DNA of 64,000 nucleotides, taken from assembly GCA_023411575.1 (NCBI GenBank), contig JAEYOP010000049.1:1-64000 (forward strand). Direction: 5' to 3'. Shown here one piece after another: positions 36,901 to 47,548 of this stretch (positions are counted from its first letter, which is position 1; every line of letters begins with the position of its first letter). The notes beneath the pieces were generated by a model. The model was not told the DNA's origin. It ran no database searches and saw only the letters and a program-made list of their open reading frames with translations. Position numbers and translations under genes: made by a program. The DNA is from Bacillota bacterium (GTDB taxonomy: Bacteria; Bacillota; Clostridia; Acetivibrionales; DTU013).

Positions 36901-37749
36901 TCAGCCGGAGCTTTGCTTCTTGTAGGTGCTGGGGGATATTCCCACGACCCTGCGGAACACCTTGCTGAAATACAACGGGTTTTCGTATCCCACGATGGAC
37001 GACACCTCCGCTACGTTGAGCGACGAGCCGGACAACAGCTTTTTCGCCTCATTCACCCGGAGCTTGGTGATGTATTCGACCGGGGTCATTCCCGTTTCCG
37101 CTTTGAACTTGTGGATGAACCGGTACAGGCTCAGATTGCACTCGCCAGCCAGGTCGGCAACCGTAAAGCGCTGATGGTATGTCCCATGTATTTTGACCAG
37201 GACCCTTTTGATGGAATTCCCGGTCTGGCCGTATTCCTCCTTGCGGAGCAGGACTTCCCTTCCGAAGGAGGCCAGCAGCTGCAAAAAATAGGAGGAGGCC
37301 ATCAGCCGGAAGTGTTCCTTTTTGATTTGCAGCTCCAGGATGATTTTTTCGAACAACTCGATGAAAGGCTCCCGGATTCCGACCTGCTTTACGGGCGATT
37401 CCAGGAGGCCGGCCGCCTGCAGGTATTCTTCCGCGGCGGAGCCGGTGAAATGGGCCCAGTACAGCTCGGTGCCGTCCTTTGCCAGGAAGCTGTAATGCTG
37501 CGGCTGCCGGGGGCGGTATACGACGATGCTTCCCTTTGGCACTTCACGGGCAATTCCGTCCAGTATAAAGGTCCCTTTCCCGTTCACGAGGTAAATAAGC
37601 TGATAGTCCGCTCTTCCACAGGCCCTTGTGCGGGTCAGGTTCATGGTTTTCAATATCTGGTGGCCGCACCAGTTGACTGCAAGGGGGCTTTTGCCGTCCT
37701 GCAGTCCGGCCTCCGTCCAATCCAACGCATTGCCGGCGATGTTCATCAT
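36901..37749 (-). CDS. AraC-family transcriptional regulator (cupin plus HTH)
   Basis: HTH block ...FTVADLAGECNLSLYRFIHKFKAETGMTPVEYITKLRVNEAKKLL...PLYFSKVFRRVVGISPSTYKK. Confidence 0.8.
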   Translation of the reverse strand: MMNIAGNALDWTEAGLQDGKSPLAVNWCGHQILKTMNLTRTRACGRADYQLIYLVNGKGTFILDGIAREVPKGSIVVYRPRQPQHYSFLAKDGTELYWAHFTGSAAEEYLQAAGLLESPVKQVGIREPFIELFEKIILELQIKKEHFRLMASSYFLQLLASFGREVLLRKEEYGQTGNSIKRVLVKIHGTYHQRFTVADLAGECNLSLYRFIHKFKAETGMTPVEYITKLRVNEAKKLLSGSSLNVAEVSSIVGYENPLYFSKVFRRVVGISPSTYKKQSSG

Positions 37750-38039
37750 GTCCGTTGCTGTTCCTTTTCCTGTTTTTGGGGATTTCGTTCTGAAAAGTGC
37801 GTACTTCTTTCTTTTTTATTATAAGAAAACGAAGAACCTCCGGCAAGCTCATCACAGAAAATTGCACAATAGGCAGAAAAGTAGAGTCCGATTTTCTTTT
37901 AAGTACACAAAAGAACGAAAAGTGCAGTTTCAATCAAACCGGTCCCGTGCTTATAATTAGACTCACAGCAAGGGTGTTCCGAAGGGAAGTCATAATTTCA
38001 TGAGCCTTGTTCCGCAAGGCCGCTTGGGAGGGTTTATCC

Positions 38040-38969
38040 GTGAAACTGAAACGAGAAAGTACATTGCTCTACGATTTTAAAAAGAACAAAGTAATGCTTT
38101 TGATGGTTTCCCCCATCGTCATTTTCTTCTTTATAAATTCGTATCTGCCAATGGTCGGTATCTATTATGCATTTACAAAATTCAATTTTGAAGGCGGCTT
38201 GTTCGGAAGTCCCTTTGTAGGACTTGAAAACTTCAAGTTCCTGGTCCAGTCCGGAACCATTCTGAAAATCACGACCAATACGGTCCTGTATAATCTGGCC
38301 TTTATCCTTCTGGGAAATTTCCTGCAGATCTTCATCGCGATCCTGCTCAGCGAAATTCCGGCCAGGCGCTACGCCAAGTTTACCCAGTCGGCGATGTTCC
38401 TGCCCTATTTCGTATCTTACGTTATCGTAGGCGTTTTGGTTTACAACCTGTTCAACTATGAATCCGGGCTGGTCAACGGAACGTTGAAATCCATGGGACT
38501 TGCCGCATTCGATGCGTACAGCACCCCCTGGATCTGGAAATTCGTTTTGGTCGCCCTGTATTTATGGAAACAGCTCGGGTATGGTACCGTCATCTACCTG
38601 GCCGCCATCATGGGCATCAGCTCCGAGTTTTATGAAGCGGCTAAAATCGATGGGGCCAATATCTTCAAACAAATCCGCCACATTACGATCCCGATGCTGG
38701 TCCCGACCTTCATCATCCTGTTCCTCTTCAGCCTGGGAAGCATCATGCGCGGGCAGTTCGACCTGTTCTACCAGGTAATCGGCTCCAATGGAGTTCTTTT
38801 CGACGCGACGGACATCATCGATACTTATGTATTCCGTGCCTTAAGGCAGAATTTCGATGTCGGCATGGGAACCGCGGCTGGTCTGTATCAGTCCCTGTTC
38901 GGTTTCATTATCATTCTCACGGTCAACTGGCTGATCAAAAGAAGCCACGAAGAATACGCACTGTTTTAG
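38040..38969 (+). CDS. CUT1 sugar ABC permease (LplB-like)
   Basis: GTG start preceded by GGGAGGG. EAAKIDGANIF permease signature. Confidence 0.8.
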   Translation: MKLKRESTLLYDFKKNKVMLLMVSPIVIFFFINSYLPMVGIYYAFTKFNFEGGLFGSPFVGLENFKFLVQSGTILKITTNTVLYNLAFILLGNFLQIFIAILLSEIPARRYAKFTQSAMFLPYFVSYVIVGVLVYNLFNYESGLVNGTLKSMGLAAFDAYSTPWIWKFVLVALYLWKQLGYGTVIYLAAIMGISSEFYEAAKIDGANIFKQIRHITIPMLVPTFIILFLFSLGSIMRGQFDLFYQVIGSNGVLFDATDIIDTYVFRALRQNFDVGMGTAAGLYQSLFGFIIILTVNWLIKRSHEEYALF

Positions 38970-38981
38970 GAGGTCTGTCTC

Positions 38982-39878
38982 ATGTCGAAAATAAGAAATG
39001 CAAAAAGCACTACTGTTTTTAATCTCATAGCCTATATCATCGTCGGCATCTTTGCGGTTTTGAGTATCCTGCCGTTTTGGCTGATTATTTCCGGCTCCTT
39101 TACCTCAAACGAATCCATCATCCTGCATGGATACCGCTTGTTCCCCGAGGCCTTCTCCCTGGAGGCCTACAACGCAATTTTCATCATCCCGGAGGGAATC
39201 TTCAACGCTTACAAGATCACCATTTTCGTGACGCTTGTCGGAACGCTGAGCGGCCTTTTCCTGATCTCCATGGGCGGATACGTGCTGCAGAGGAAAGACT
39301 TCCGGAGCCGGAACAAAATCTCGTTTTTCGTGTACTTTACGACCCTGTTCCAGGGCGGCCTGATTCCGTGGTACATCCTGCTGACCAATTACCTTGGCCT
39401 GAAGGACAAGATTGCCGTATTAATCTTACCCGGACTGATGACGCCGTTCCTGATCATCCTGATGAAGAACTTTATCAAAATGGCTGTGCCGGATGAGGTG
39501 ATCGAATCCGCAAAAATCGACGGAGCAGGGGACTTTAAAATTTACCGCAGCATCGTGCTTTCCCTTTCCGGACCGGGACTTGCGACCATCGCCCTGTTCC
39601 TGGCCCTCCAATACTGGAACGACTGGTTTATGAGCATGCTTTACATCGATACGCCGGAGAAATACAGCCTCCAGTTCTTCCTCTACAACATGCTCAACGG
39701 AGCCGAATTCCTGAGAAATCTCTCCCAGGGCGCAGGCGTGAACATCAGCGTCCAGATCCCCGCCGAGACCACCAAGCTGGCGATGGCGGTAGTTGTTGTC
39801 GGCCCCATTATATTCCTTTATCCCTTCATCCAGCGCTTTTTCGTAAAAGGCTTGACCATCGGCGCGGTAAAAGGCTGA
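38982..39878 (+). CDS. CUT1 sugar ABC permease (LplC-like)
   Basis: RBS AGGAGG. ESAKIDGAGDF motif and a C-terminal GAVKG. Confidence 0.85.
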   Translation: MSKIRNAKSTTVFNLIAYIIVGIFAVLSILPFWLIISGSFTSNESIILHGYRLFPEAFSLEAYNAIFIIPEGIFNAYKITIFVTLVGTLSGLFLISMGGYVLQRKDFRSRNKISFFVYFTTLFQGGLIPWYILLTNYLGLKDKIAVLILPGLMTPFLIILMKNFIKMAVPDEVIESAKIDGAGDFKIYRSIVLSLSGPGLATIALFLALQYWNDWFMSMLYIDTPEKYSLQFFLYNMLNGAEFLRNLSQGAGVNISVQIPAETTKLAMAVVVVGPIIFLYPFIQRFFVKGLTIGAVKG

Positions 39879-39998
39879 CGGAGTATTTAAGGTATAACAG
39901 GAATCCAATTTGCAAGGGAGGTGCACCGGTTTTATTATTCACCTGTCTCAAATGAAGCAAGGGACCCCGTATTTAAAATTTTGAATGGAGGATGGTTT

Positions 39999-41771
39999 AT
40001 GAAAAAGGTACTTTCATTAGTTCTATGCATTGCTATCGTATTGTCGCTCGCATTGTCGGTTTCAGCAATCAGCACGGTCGCAGTCAAGAGCATTTCCATT
40101 GACAAGACCTCGCTTTCGATGAAAGCAGGGGACGTTTATGCATTGAAGATCACTTACACTCCTGCCAATACTACGCAGAAGCTGCTGACCTTCTCGACCA
40201 CCAATAAAAATGTCGCAACCGTGGACAAAACCGGAAAAATTATCGCCATCCGGGCGGGCAAAGCTACGATTACCGTAGCCAGCAGCTCAAACAGCAAGCT
40301 CGTTCAGAAGTGTAATGTCGTTGTTTCCGGCGGAATCGACATTTCCAAGAAGGTTACTCTCCAGTTCTTCATGCTCGGCAATGCCCCGAGAGATCTGAAG
40401 ATCATCCAGAACGAAGTAAACAAGCTTGCAAAGAAGGATCTGAACTGTGAAGTAAAATACAACTTTACGACATGGTCCGATACGACTACGAAATATAATC
40501 TTCTCCTTTCCTCCGGCCAGAATGTAGACCTGCTCTTCACCGCTGACTGGATGAATTACAACCAGTACGCATTGAAGGGCGCGTTCACTCCCTTGGAAGA
40601 CATCGTGCCGAAGGCTGCTCCGGACCTGTGGAATTTTGTTCCCGCTTCCTTCTGGAACGCCGTAAAGGTGAACAAGCACATCTACACGATCCCGGCAACC
40701 TGGAAGGAATACACTCCTGAAGGACCGATGTGGAGAGAAGATCTCAGGATCAAGTACGGCTGCGCTCCGATAACGAATATTGCCACCCTGGAAGCATACC
40801 TCGAGGCAATCAAGAAGAATGAACCCACCATGCTCCCGACCGAAGCCATCGTGCTCGACTGGGGCACCGGCGGACCGTCTTTCCAGGGCTTCAATCCCAT
40901 TTTCAATTTCAACTATACTTCCGACTTCTTTGCTTACGGCCTGATCAACAACTACAAAACTCCGAGCAAGACCATCAATTACTGGGCATCCGACGATTTC
41001 GTAAAAGATGCGCAGACCCTGAGAAGGTGGCAGGAAAAAGGTCTCTGGTCCAAGAGCGCCCTTTCCACCAAGTCCTATCCGGACGACGAATTTGAAAACG
41101 GCAAGGTTGCCTGCGTGCTTTCCAACAATCCGGGCAAATATGCCACCACTCTTTCCAAGGTTTCACAGGCTCATCCTGATTGGAAAGTCGGCTTTATTAC
41201 CGGCGGAGACGTTACCGGTTATGTAGTGCCTGTACATCCGGTTCATAACGGTTTTGCAGTGCCCAAGAGCAGCAAGAACGCTGAAAGGGCTGTAGCATTC
41301 TATTCCAAGATGGTACTCGACAAAGAATACAACTACCTGACCGAATACGGCATCGAAGGCGTAAACTTCAGCATTACCAAGGACGGGCACTATGACATGA
41401 TCGGCGATGTAAAGACCAATGGCTTCGCAAGGGAAAACATGAACGGCTGGGCATGGAGAAATCCGGACATCCAGTTGTTTGACCCCAGCTTCGACGTTGT
41501 TCTGGACATCTTCAAGAAATATGACGCCATCGCAGCTGAAAATATCTTCGGCGGCTTCGTCGAAGACTACTCCCCCTACCAGACGGAACGTACAGCGCTT
41601 TACCAGGTTCAGACCCAGTATCTGGTTCCTCTCCTCGGCGGCTTTGTGGACGATGTGGATGCGGGTGTAAAGACCTTCCGTGAAAAGGCGAAGGCAGCCG
41701 GTCTGGAAAAGGTACAGGCCGGATTTACAAAGCAGTGGGAAGCATACTGCAAAGAGATGGGTTACAAATAA
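39999..41771 (+). CDS. Extracellular solute-binding protein with an N-terminal Big_2 domain (paralog of 13073)
   Basis: Signal peptide MKKVLSLVLCIAIVLSLALSVSA, then ITYTPANTTQKLLTFSTTNKNVATVDKTGKIIAIRAGKATITV. RBS GGAGGA. Confidence 0.8.
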   Translation: MKKVLSLVLCIAIVLSLALSVSAISTVAVKSISIDKTSLSMKAGDVYALKITYTPANTTQKLLTFSTTNKNVATVDKTGKIIAIRAGKATITVASSSNSKLVQKCNVVVSGGIDISKKVTLQFFMLGNAPRDLKIIQNEVNKLAKKDLNCEVKYNFTTWSDTTTKYNLLLSSGQNVDLLFTADWMNYNQYALKGAFTPLEDIVPKAAPDLWNFVPASFWNAVKVNKHIYTIPATWKEYTPEGPMWREDLRIKYGCAPITNIATLEAYLEAIKKNEPTMLPTEAIVLDWGTGGPSFQGFNPIFNFNYTSDFFAYGLINNYKTPSKTINYWASDDFVKDAQTLRRWQEKGLWSKSALSTKSYPDDEFENGKVACVLSNNPGKYATTLSKVSQAHPDWKVGFITGGDVTGYVVPVHPVHNGFAVPKSSKNAERAVAFYSKMVLDKEYNYLTEYGIEGVNFSITKDGHYDMIGDVKTNGFARENMNGWAWRNPDIQLFDPSFDVVLDIFKKYDAIAAENIFGGFVEDYSPYQTERTALYQVQTQYLVPLLGGFVDDVDAGVKTFREKAKAAGLEKVQAGFTKQWEAYCKEMGYK

Positions 41772-41909
41772 ACCGGTGAATACTCTTACGGCTCTATATA
41801 CCACCAATCCCTGAGGCAAATTGGAAGGACCGTGCGGAATCGACAGACTCCGCACGGTCTTTTCCCCTGTGTTATAATTTATATAAAATGCTATAACGAG
41901 GTGATTCGG

Positions 41910-43928
41910 ATGCAAGGGATTCCTATTGTGCAAGAACTCCTGCTAAAGGAGACAAAAATCCTGTCCGGTACGCAAAATGACGCCGTACTGCTCCTTTCAA
42001 AGGACGGAAGCGGCTTGTCCCTCTCCCAGTTGGTACGGCACAGCGAGCGCTATCTGACTTTTTTTATCGAGTTGCTGGAGGACCACAGCATTCCGATGAA
42101 TTTCTTTTTCTACAGCCGGGAGGAACCGCAGGGGAAACCCGCGTTCAACCTTCGTTTCGGCATCATGCCCCGCATAAGGACATTGATCTGCATTGATACG
42201 CAATGGCTGGATGCCCGCGTGCTTTTTCCCGAAAACAACGAAGGGCAGCTTAAAGTCGTTTGTCACGGAAGAAGGCTGGAGCCGAACGAAATCCATCATG
42301 TCACGTTTACGAATTATCCCTGCTTCCATGATGTACAGGTCCGGCTGTCGGAAATACAGCTTACGGACACCCCGCCGCAGGAGTATCCTTTGCCGGACGT
42401 CCGGCTGATTGATGAAATGGGGCAATACAAGCGGAAGGATTGGCCGCAGAAGGTGGGGAATCTCGGGGAGCTTCGGGGTCGGCTGCAGCATTTCGACGCC
42501 TCCCTGCCCGAAGGGTATCCTTTCTCCAACTGGAGCTCCTTCGGCGGATGGAAATCGAAGAAGCTGGCGGAGGGCACGGGGTTTTTCTCCAGGATCAAGG
42601 CGGAAGGTCGCTGGTGGCTGGTGGACCCGGAAGGGTATGCCTTTTTCAGCATGGGACCGGATTGCGTGGTAGCCAGGGCGGACTGCCGGGTGGACGGGAT
42701 CGAGAAATTTATGGATTGGCTGCCGGACCGGGAGGACCCCGAGTACGGAGGCATGTTTGACGGCTGGAGGGGAAAATTCAACATCCCCAGAAGGCGGCAG
42801 GCCAGGCTGTTTTCCTTTGAGCAGGCGAACCTCTACAGGGTGTTCGGGAGCGAATGGTATCCAAAATGGAGCAGCATTATGGAAAGGCAGCTGAAGCAGT
42901 GCGGCATGAACACGCTGGGCAACTGGTCCGACCGGAAGCTCCTGGGCAGGATGGACCTTCCGTATGTCACCATGCTGCCGCGCTTCCCTTCGACGGAACA
43001 AAAAATATTTCGGGATTTCCCGGATGTCTTCAGCCCGGAATACGGCGAAGACGCCGCAAAGGCGGCGGAAGAGCTGCGGGCCGGCTGCCGGGATCCGCTC
43101 ATGATCGGATACTTCCTGAGCAATGAACCTGCGTGGGCCTTTGTGGATAACCTGGTCCTTGCGGATGAGGTACTTTACAATCCCGCTCGGACGGTTTGCC
43201 GGGAAAGATTGATCGGCTTCCTGAGGGAAAGGTACGAGGATATCGAAGAGCTCAATAAAGCCTGGAACCAGGACTTCGGCAGCTTTAACGACCTGTATGC
43301 GCCCCTCCGGCAGGTTTCACGCCGGTCGGAGGAAGCCGGCCGCGATATGCGCGAATTCTCCCGGCTCATGATGAAAGCCTATGTGGAGATCCCCTCCAAA
43401 GCGTGCCGGGCTGCGGACCCCAACCATATGAACCTGGGTCTGCGCTGGGCCTGGATTTCCGACCCGGACGTCGTGACGGGGTGGCAGAATTTTGATGTGT
43501 TCTCCATCAACTGCTATGCGCTGGATCCGACCCCGGCGCTGGACAATGTGCAAAAGCTCCAGGTGGACCTTCCGGTCATGATCGGCGAATTCCACTTCGG
43601 GGCCCTCGACAGCGGGTTGACGGCAACGGGCCTGGAAGGCGTGCTGACGCAGAAGGACCGGGGACTGGCCTACCGGTATTATTGCGAGCGCGTGGCCAAG
43701 CATCCTTATGGCGTGGGCTGCCATTATTTCCAGTGCTATGACCAGTTCGCCCTGGGACGTTTCGACGGTGAGAATTACAACATCGGCCTCTTTGATATCT
43801 GCTCCCAGCCGTACAGGGAGATGATGGACGCCATTCGTACCTGCAGCGAGGGGATTTATCAGGTCGCCTCCGGTTTGAAAGAGCCGGCGGAGCAAAAGCC
43901 GGAATCCATACCGATGATCGCCTATTAA
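41910..43928 (+). CDS. Putative GH-A clan (TIM-barrel) glycoside hydrolase, family unassigned
   Basis: Candidate acid/base motif FLSNEPAW (NEP) and nucleophile motif MIGEFHFG (GEF), which are GH-A clan signatures, preceded by a ~230-aa N-terminal domain of unknown type. RBS GAGGTGA. Confidence 0.5.
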   Translation: MQGIPIVQELLLKETKILSGTQNDAVLLLSKDGSGLSLSQLVRHSERYLTFFIELLEDHSIPMNFFFYSREEPQGKPAFNLRFGIMPRIRTLICIDTQWLDARVLFPENNEGQLKVVCHGRRLEPNEIHHVTFTNYPCFHDVQVRLSEIQLTDTPPQEYPLPDVRLIDEMGQYKRKDWPQKVGNLGELRGRLQHFDASLPEGYPFSNWSSFGGWKSKKLAEGTGFFSRIKAEGRWWLVDPEGYAFFSMGPDCVVARADCRVDGIEKFMDWLPDREDPEYGGMFDGWRGKFNIPRRRQARLFSFEQANLYRVFGSEWYPKWSSIMERQLKQCGMNTLGNWSDRKLLGRMDLPYVTMLPRFPSTEQKIFRDFPDVFSPEYGEDAAKAAEELRAGCRDPLMIGYFLSNEPAWAFVDNLVLADEVLYNPARTVCRERLIGFLRERYEDIEELNKAWNQDFGSFNDLYAPLRQVSRRSEEAGRDMREFSRLMMKAYVEIPSKACRAADPNHMNLGLRWAWISDPDVVTGWQNFDVFSINCYALDPTPALDNVQKLQVDLPVMIGEFHFGALDSGLTATGLEGVLTQKDRGLAYRYYCERVAKHPYGVGCHYFQCYDQFALGRFDGENYNIGLFDICSQPYREMMDAIRTCSEGIYQVASGLKEPAEQKPESIPMIAY

Positions 43929-44007
43929 GGAAAATTTCTGCTTGCCGGCGGCAGGGGCGGTGGGGTAAACTGGGGATAAGGCTCTTATCGTTCAGGAGGA
44001 AAACAGC

Positions 44008-44868
44008 ATGAATGAAATCGTGATCCAAAACGACCGGCTGAAAGTGCTCATCGCCAAACCAGGTACGGTCTACGCGGGTTCCAGGTTCGACTGGACCGGG
44101 TTCGTCACACAGGTGATTCTGGACGGCAGCCATACCTTCTGCGCGTATGAATCCCTTGTTCCGGGCAAGGGAACGGGCGGGATCGGCTTATGCGGCGCCT
44201 TCGATGAAATTGGCTATAACGAGGCGGAACCGGGAGACTATTTTCCGAAGCCGGGAATCGGACTGCTCCGGAAAAGCAGTGACGGGCCTTATTCCTTCTG
44301 GGAACAATATGAAGTCCTTCCTTCCGCCATACGGACGGAGACGCGGGAGGATTCCGCCGGTTTTGTCTGCGTGTCGCCCGAATGCGGCGGATATTCCTTT
44401 ACCCTGGAGAAAACCCTGTCCCTTGAGGGAAACAGGCTTTTGCTCCGCTGCCGCCTGGAGAATACGGGGTCGAAGCCAATCGAAACGGAAGAGTTCGTTC
44501 ACAATTTCCTGTGCGTGGACAATACGCCCATCGGGGAGGATTATACCATCCGGCTTCCATACCGGCCGGAGTTTGATGTCAAGCTCGGAGAAATCCGGAT
44601 CCGGGAGGACGGATTTGCCTGCAAAACGCATGAGGAGGACAGCTTCTATCTTTTCGTCAACGGGTACGAAGGGGTGCGGCCGCACTACTGGGAGCTGCGA
44701 TGCAACGCCCGCGGGGCCGGCGTCCGGGAAACCGGCGACTTTCCCGTTTCCGGCTTCCACATCTGGGGGAAGGACCATGTGATCAGCCCGGAGATCTTTC
44801 TGAAAATTGCTTTAAAGCCCGGCGAAGCTGGGGAATGGGAAAGAGCCTACGAGTTCTTTTCCTGGTGA
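44008..44868 (+). CDS. Hypothetical protein (286 aa), family not recognised
   Basis: RBS AGGAGGAAAA. Embedded in a sugar-transporter locus. Confidence 0.5.
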   Translation: MNEIVIQNDRLKVLIAKPGTVYAGSRFDWTGFVTQVILDGSHTFCAYESLVPGKGTGGIGLCGAFDEIGYNEAEPGDYFPKPGIGLLRKSSDGPYSFWEQYEVLPSAIRTETREDSAGFVCVSPECGGYSFTLEKTLSLEGNRLLLRCRLENTGSKPIETEEFVHNFLCVDNTPIGEDYTIRLPYRPEFDVKLGEIRIREDGFACKTHEEDSFYLFVNGYEGVRPHYWELRCNARGAGVRETGDFPVSGFHIWGKDHVISPEIFLKIALKPGEAGEWERAYEFFSW

Positions 44869-45033
44869 GCATACGGAAAGGGGCCGCCTGAAAGACGGCC
44901 TCCGTCCACTTCTTAAAAAAGACTACATTTCCCTTAAAAAAGCGGACTCCCATATAAAAAAAGCTATGCTAGAATAAAAATATAATTCATGAATTATTTT
45001 CATTTCAAATTTTATAATAGCGGGAGGAAGTTT

Positions 45034-46563
45034 ATGAAAAGGGTACTCTCACTTGTTCTGTGCCTCGTATTGTTTCTATCGTTGGGCACATCGGTTTTTG
45101 CATTGACCTCCGTTCCAATCAAAGGCATCCTCGTGAACAGCAGCATTACAATAGAAGTGGGCCAGTCTTCCGTGCTTTCTGCCAGTTTTACTCCGAAAAA
45201 TACAACGCAGAAGCTCCTTGTATATAAAGTGTGGGACAAAAACGTAGCCACCGTTGACGCGAACGGGCTGGTTACCGGCGTAAGCGTGGGTAAAACCGTC
45301 ATTACGGTTACCAGCTCATCGGACAAGACCATAAGCGACAAATGTGTCGTTACCGTTACACAGCCGCCCCAGACCAAGATCACCATATTCTACGCCAATG
45401 GGGACCCGCTGCATTTGCAGCTTGTAAAAGACAGGATCGACTCCTTTATGAAAAAATATCCCTATTATAAAATCGAGGATATTACCATAACGGCCGCCTC
45501 CTACATCGACGGTCTCAGGACCAAGGACGCCGTCGGCGAATTCCCGGATCTGGTGGAAGCCAGAGACGTACCCACCTGGGTCCGAGCGGGCAAGTTTGCC
45601 GAAATGCCGGACGAATTGACCTCCCTGTTCAAAGATCCGCCGCTGCTGGATGGCAAGTCCTACTGTGTTCCCTTCTCCTCCGCAAACAACATGGGATTTT
45701 TCTACAATAAGAAAATGTTTGCCGACTACAGCCTGAAGGAACCCAAGACCTATGCCGAATTCCTGAGCCTGTGCGACAAGCTGAAGGCAAAGGGTGTAGC
45801 CCCGCTGGTGGTGGGAAACAGGGACATATTCCATGTAGGCTTCCTCTGGTCCCAGTACTGGCTGGACCGGGTGACGGCCGACAATCCGGACTGGATCGGC
45901 TACCGGTACAAGGGCAAGGTTCATTTCACGGATAAGAATGTGGCGGATTGCTTTACCGCCTATACGGATCTGTTCAAAAAGGGCTATGTGGAAAAAGGCT
46001 TTGCCAGCACGGCGGATAATCAAATCGCCTCCGTCCTGGTAAGCGGCAAGGCGGCGATGTTCTTCTCCGGAACGCACATGTTCAGCCAGATCAAGGCCGC
46101 CGACCCGAACTTTGCGTTCAGTTGGTTCCCCATGCCGACGGAGGATGGAAAGATCAATATGATCGGCGGGCCGCAGCTCAATGGCTGGACCTATTCGACA
46201 GCCTGCGCCCAGGACGCCCGTAAAAAGGCGGAGGCTATTACCTGGATCAAATGGTTCTTCCAGAAGGAAAACTATACGGATTACGTGCAGAAGATGTCGT
46301 TCATCCCGACGACAAAAGCGCAGTATACGCTGACGTACCCGGTGGCGGACATGTCCAAGGTACTGGATGCGGTGAACACCTGTGAAAATCTGCAGCTTCA
46401 ATGGAACAACAACTGGGGCATCAATGAAATACCGCCGGCTTTCAGGAACTTCGCCTACAAGATCGCCCAGGAATGGGCCACAGGCAGCACCAGCATAGCC
46501 GATGGGCTGAAGAAGCTGGACGTCGAGTGGGATATCGAGGCGAAAAGCTTCCGGCCGAACTGA
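45034..46563 (+). CDS. Extracellular solute-binding protein with an N-terminal Big_2 domain (third paralog)
   Basis: Signal peptide MKRVLSLVLCLVLFLSLGTSVFA, then FTPKNTTQKLLVYKVWDKNVATVDANGLVTGVSVGKTVITV. RBS GGGAGGAAG. Confidence 0.8.
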   Translation: MKRVLSLVLCLVLFLSLGTSVFALTSVPIKGILVNSSITIEVGQSSVLSASFTPKNTTQKLLVYKVWDKNVATVDANGLVTGVSVGKTVITVTSSSDKTISDKCVVTVTQPPQTKITIFYANGDPLHLQLVKDRIDSFMKKYPYYKIEDITITAASYIDGLRTKDAVGEFPDLVEARDVPTWVRAGKFAEMPDELTSLFKDPPLLDGKSYCVPFSSANNMGFFYNKKMFADYSLKEPKTYAEFLSLCDKLKAKGVAPLVVGNRDIFHVGFLWSQYWLDRVTADNPDWIGYRYKGKVHFTDKNVADCFTAYTDLFKKGYVEKGFASTADNQIASVLVSGKAAMFFSGTHMFSQIKAADPNFAFSWFPMPTEDGKINMIGGPQLNGWTYSTACAQDARKKAEAITWIKWFFQKENYTDYVQKMSFIPTTKAQYTLTYPVADMSKVLDAVNTCENLQLQWNNNWGINEIPPAFRNFAYKIAQEWATGSTSIADGLKKLDVEWDIEAKSFRPN

Positions 46564-46656
46564 CGCATCCGATAAAACATAGGAAGTAGATAGACCTCCT
46601 GGTACGCCATATCAGGAGGTCTATAAATTAGAGAATCGAATTTACGAGGTGAAAGA

Positions 46657-47547
46657 ATGCATCGTTCAAGCTTAAAACGGGAAAAATCGCTGTTGCTGTT
46701 CATCCTTCCCGCATTTGTCCTCTATACGGTCTTTGTCATCGGACCCGCCGTCAGCAGTATTTATCTGAGCTTCACGTCCTGGGACGGGATTACGGACGCT
46801 ACCATGAAATTCATCGGCCTGGGAAACTACATCGACATGTTCAAAAGCGCAAGGTTTTACGGGGCTCTCAAGCATACCGTCCTCATTGCGGTGTCCTTTA
46901 CCGTGCTGGCAAACGCCGTCGCGCTGCTCCTGGCGCTGATGGTGGACAATGTGAAATACGGAAAAAGCTTTTTCCGGAGCGCCTTTTATGTGCCGGTCCT
47001 TATCAGCGGCATTATAACGGGCTTTATCTGGAGCATCATGTTCAACTACAGCTTTGGGATCGTCAATTCCGTGCTCAGCAAACTGCACCTGGATTTCCTG
47101 GTGACCGATTTTCTGGGGCGCTCGCCCAATGCCCTGGTGTCCATCATTTTTGTGCTGGTCTGGCAGCTTGCGGGATATTACATGGTGATTTATCTGGCAG
47201 GCCTGCAGGGAATCCCCGTGGAACTGGTGGAAGCGGCTAAAATAGACGGGGCGAACAAATGGCAGCAGTTTAAAAGCGTAACCTTTCCGTTGCTGGCGGG
47301 TTCCTTTACGATCAATCTAACCCTTGCCCTGATCAACGGCTTCAAATTCTTCGACCAGATCCTGGTCATGACGGACGGGGGCCCCGGCTTCGACACGGAA
47401 AACCTCACCTACATCATTTACAAGGTGGCCTTCGGGGAACTGCGGCAGGGGTACGGAACCGCCCTGGCGATCATCCTGTTCCTGATCATTATTGTCCTTG
47501 GAACATTCCAAGTACGGTTCCTTAGAACGAGGGAGGTGCAGCTCTGA
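46657..47547 (+). CDS. CUT1 sugar ABC permease (UgpA/MalF-like)
   Basis: EAAKIDGANKW signature. RBS GAGGTGA. Confidence 0.85.
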   Translation: MHRSSLKREKSLLLFILPAFVLYTVFVIGPAVSSIYLSFTSWDGITDATMKFIGLGNYIDMFKSARFYGALKHTVLIAVSFTVLANAVALLLALMVDNVKYGKSFFRSAFYVPVLISGIITGFIWSIMFNYSFGIVNSVLSKLHLDFLVTDFLGRSPNALVSIIFVLVWQLAGYYMVIYLAGLQGIPVELVEAAKIDGANKWQQFKSVTFPLLAGSFTINLTLALINGFKFFDQILVMTDGGPGFDTENLTYIIYKVAFGELRQGYGTALAIILFLIIIVLGTFQVRFLRTREVQL

Positions 47548-47548
47548 G

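Noticed and set aside
34545-37824. Plus-strand ORFs of 436, 351 and 388 aa
   Set aside because: They are antisense to the TM-AraC (34581-36854) and cupin-AraC (36901-37749) genes. Both of those have unmistakable AraC HTH C-termini and proper RBSs, and the plus-strand ORFs do not.
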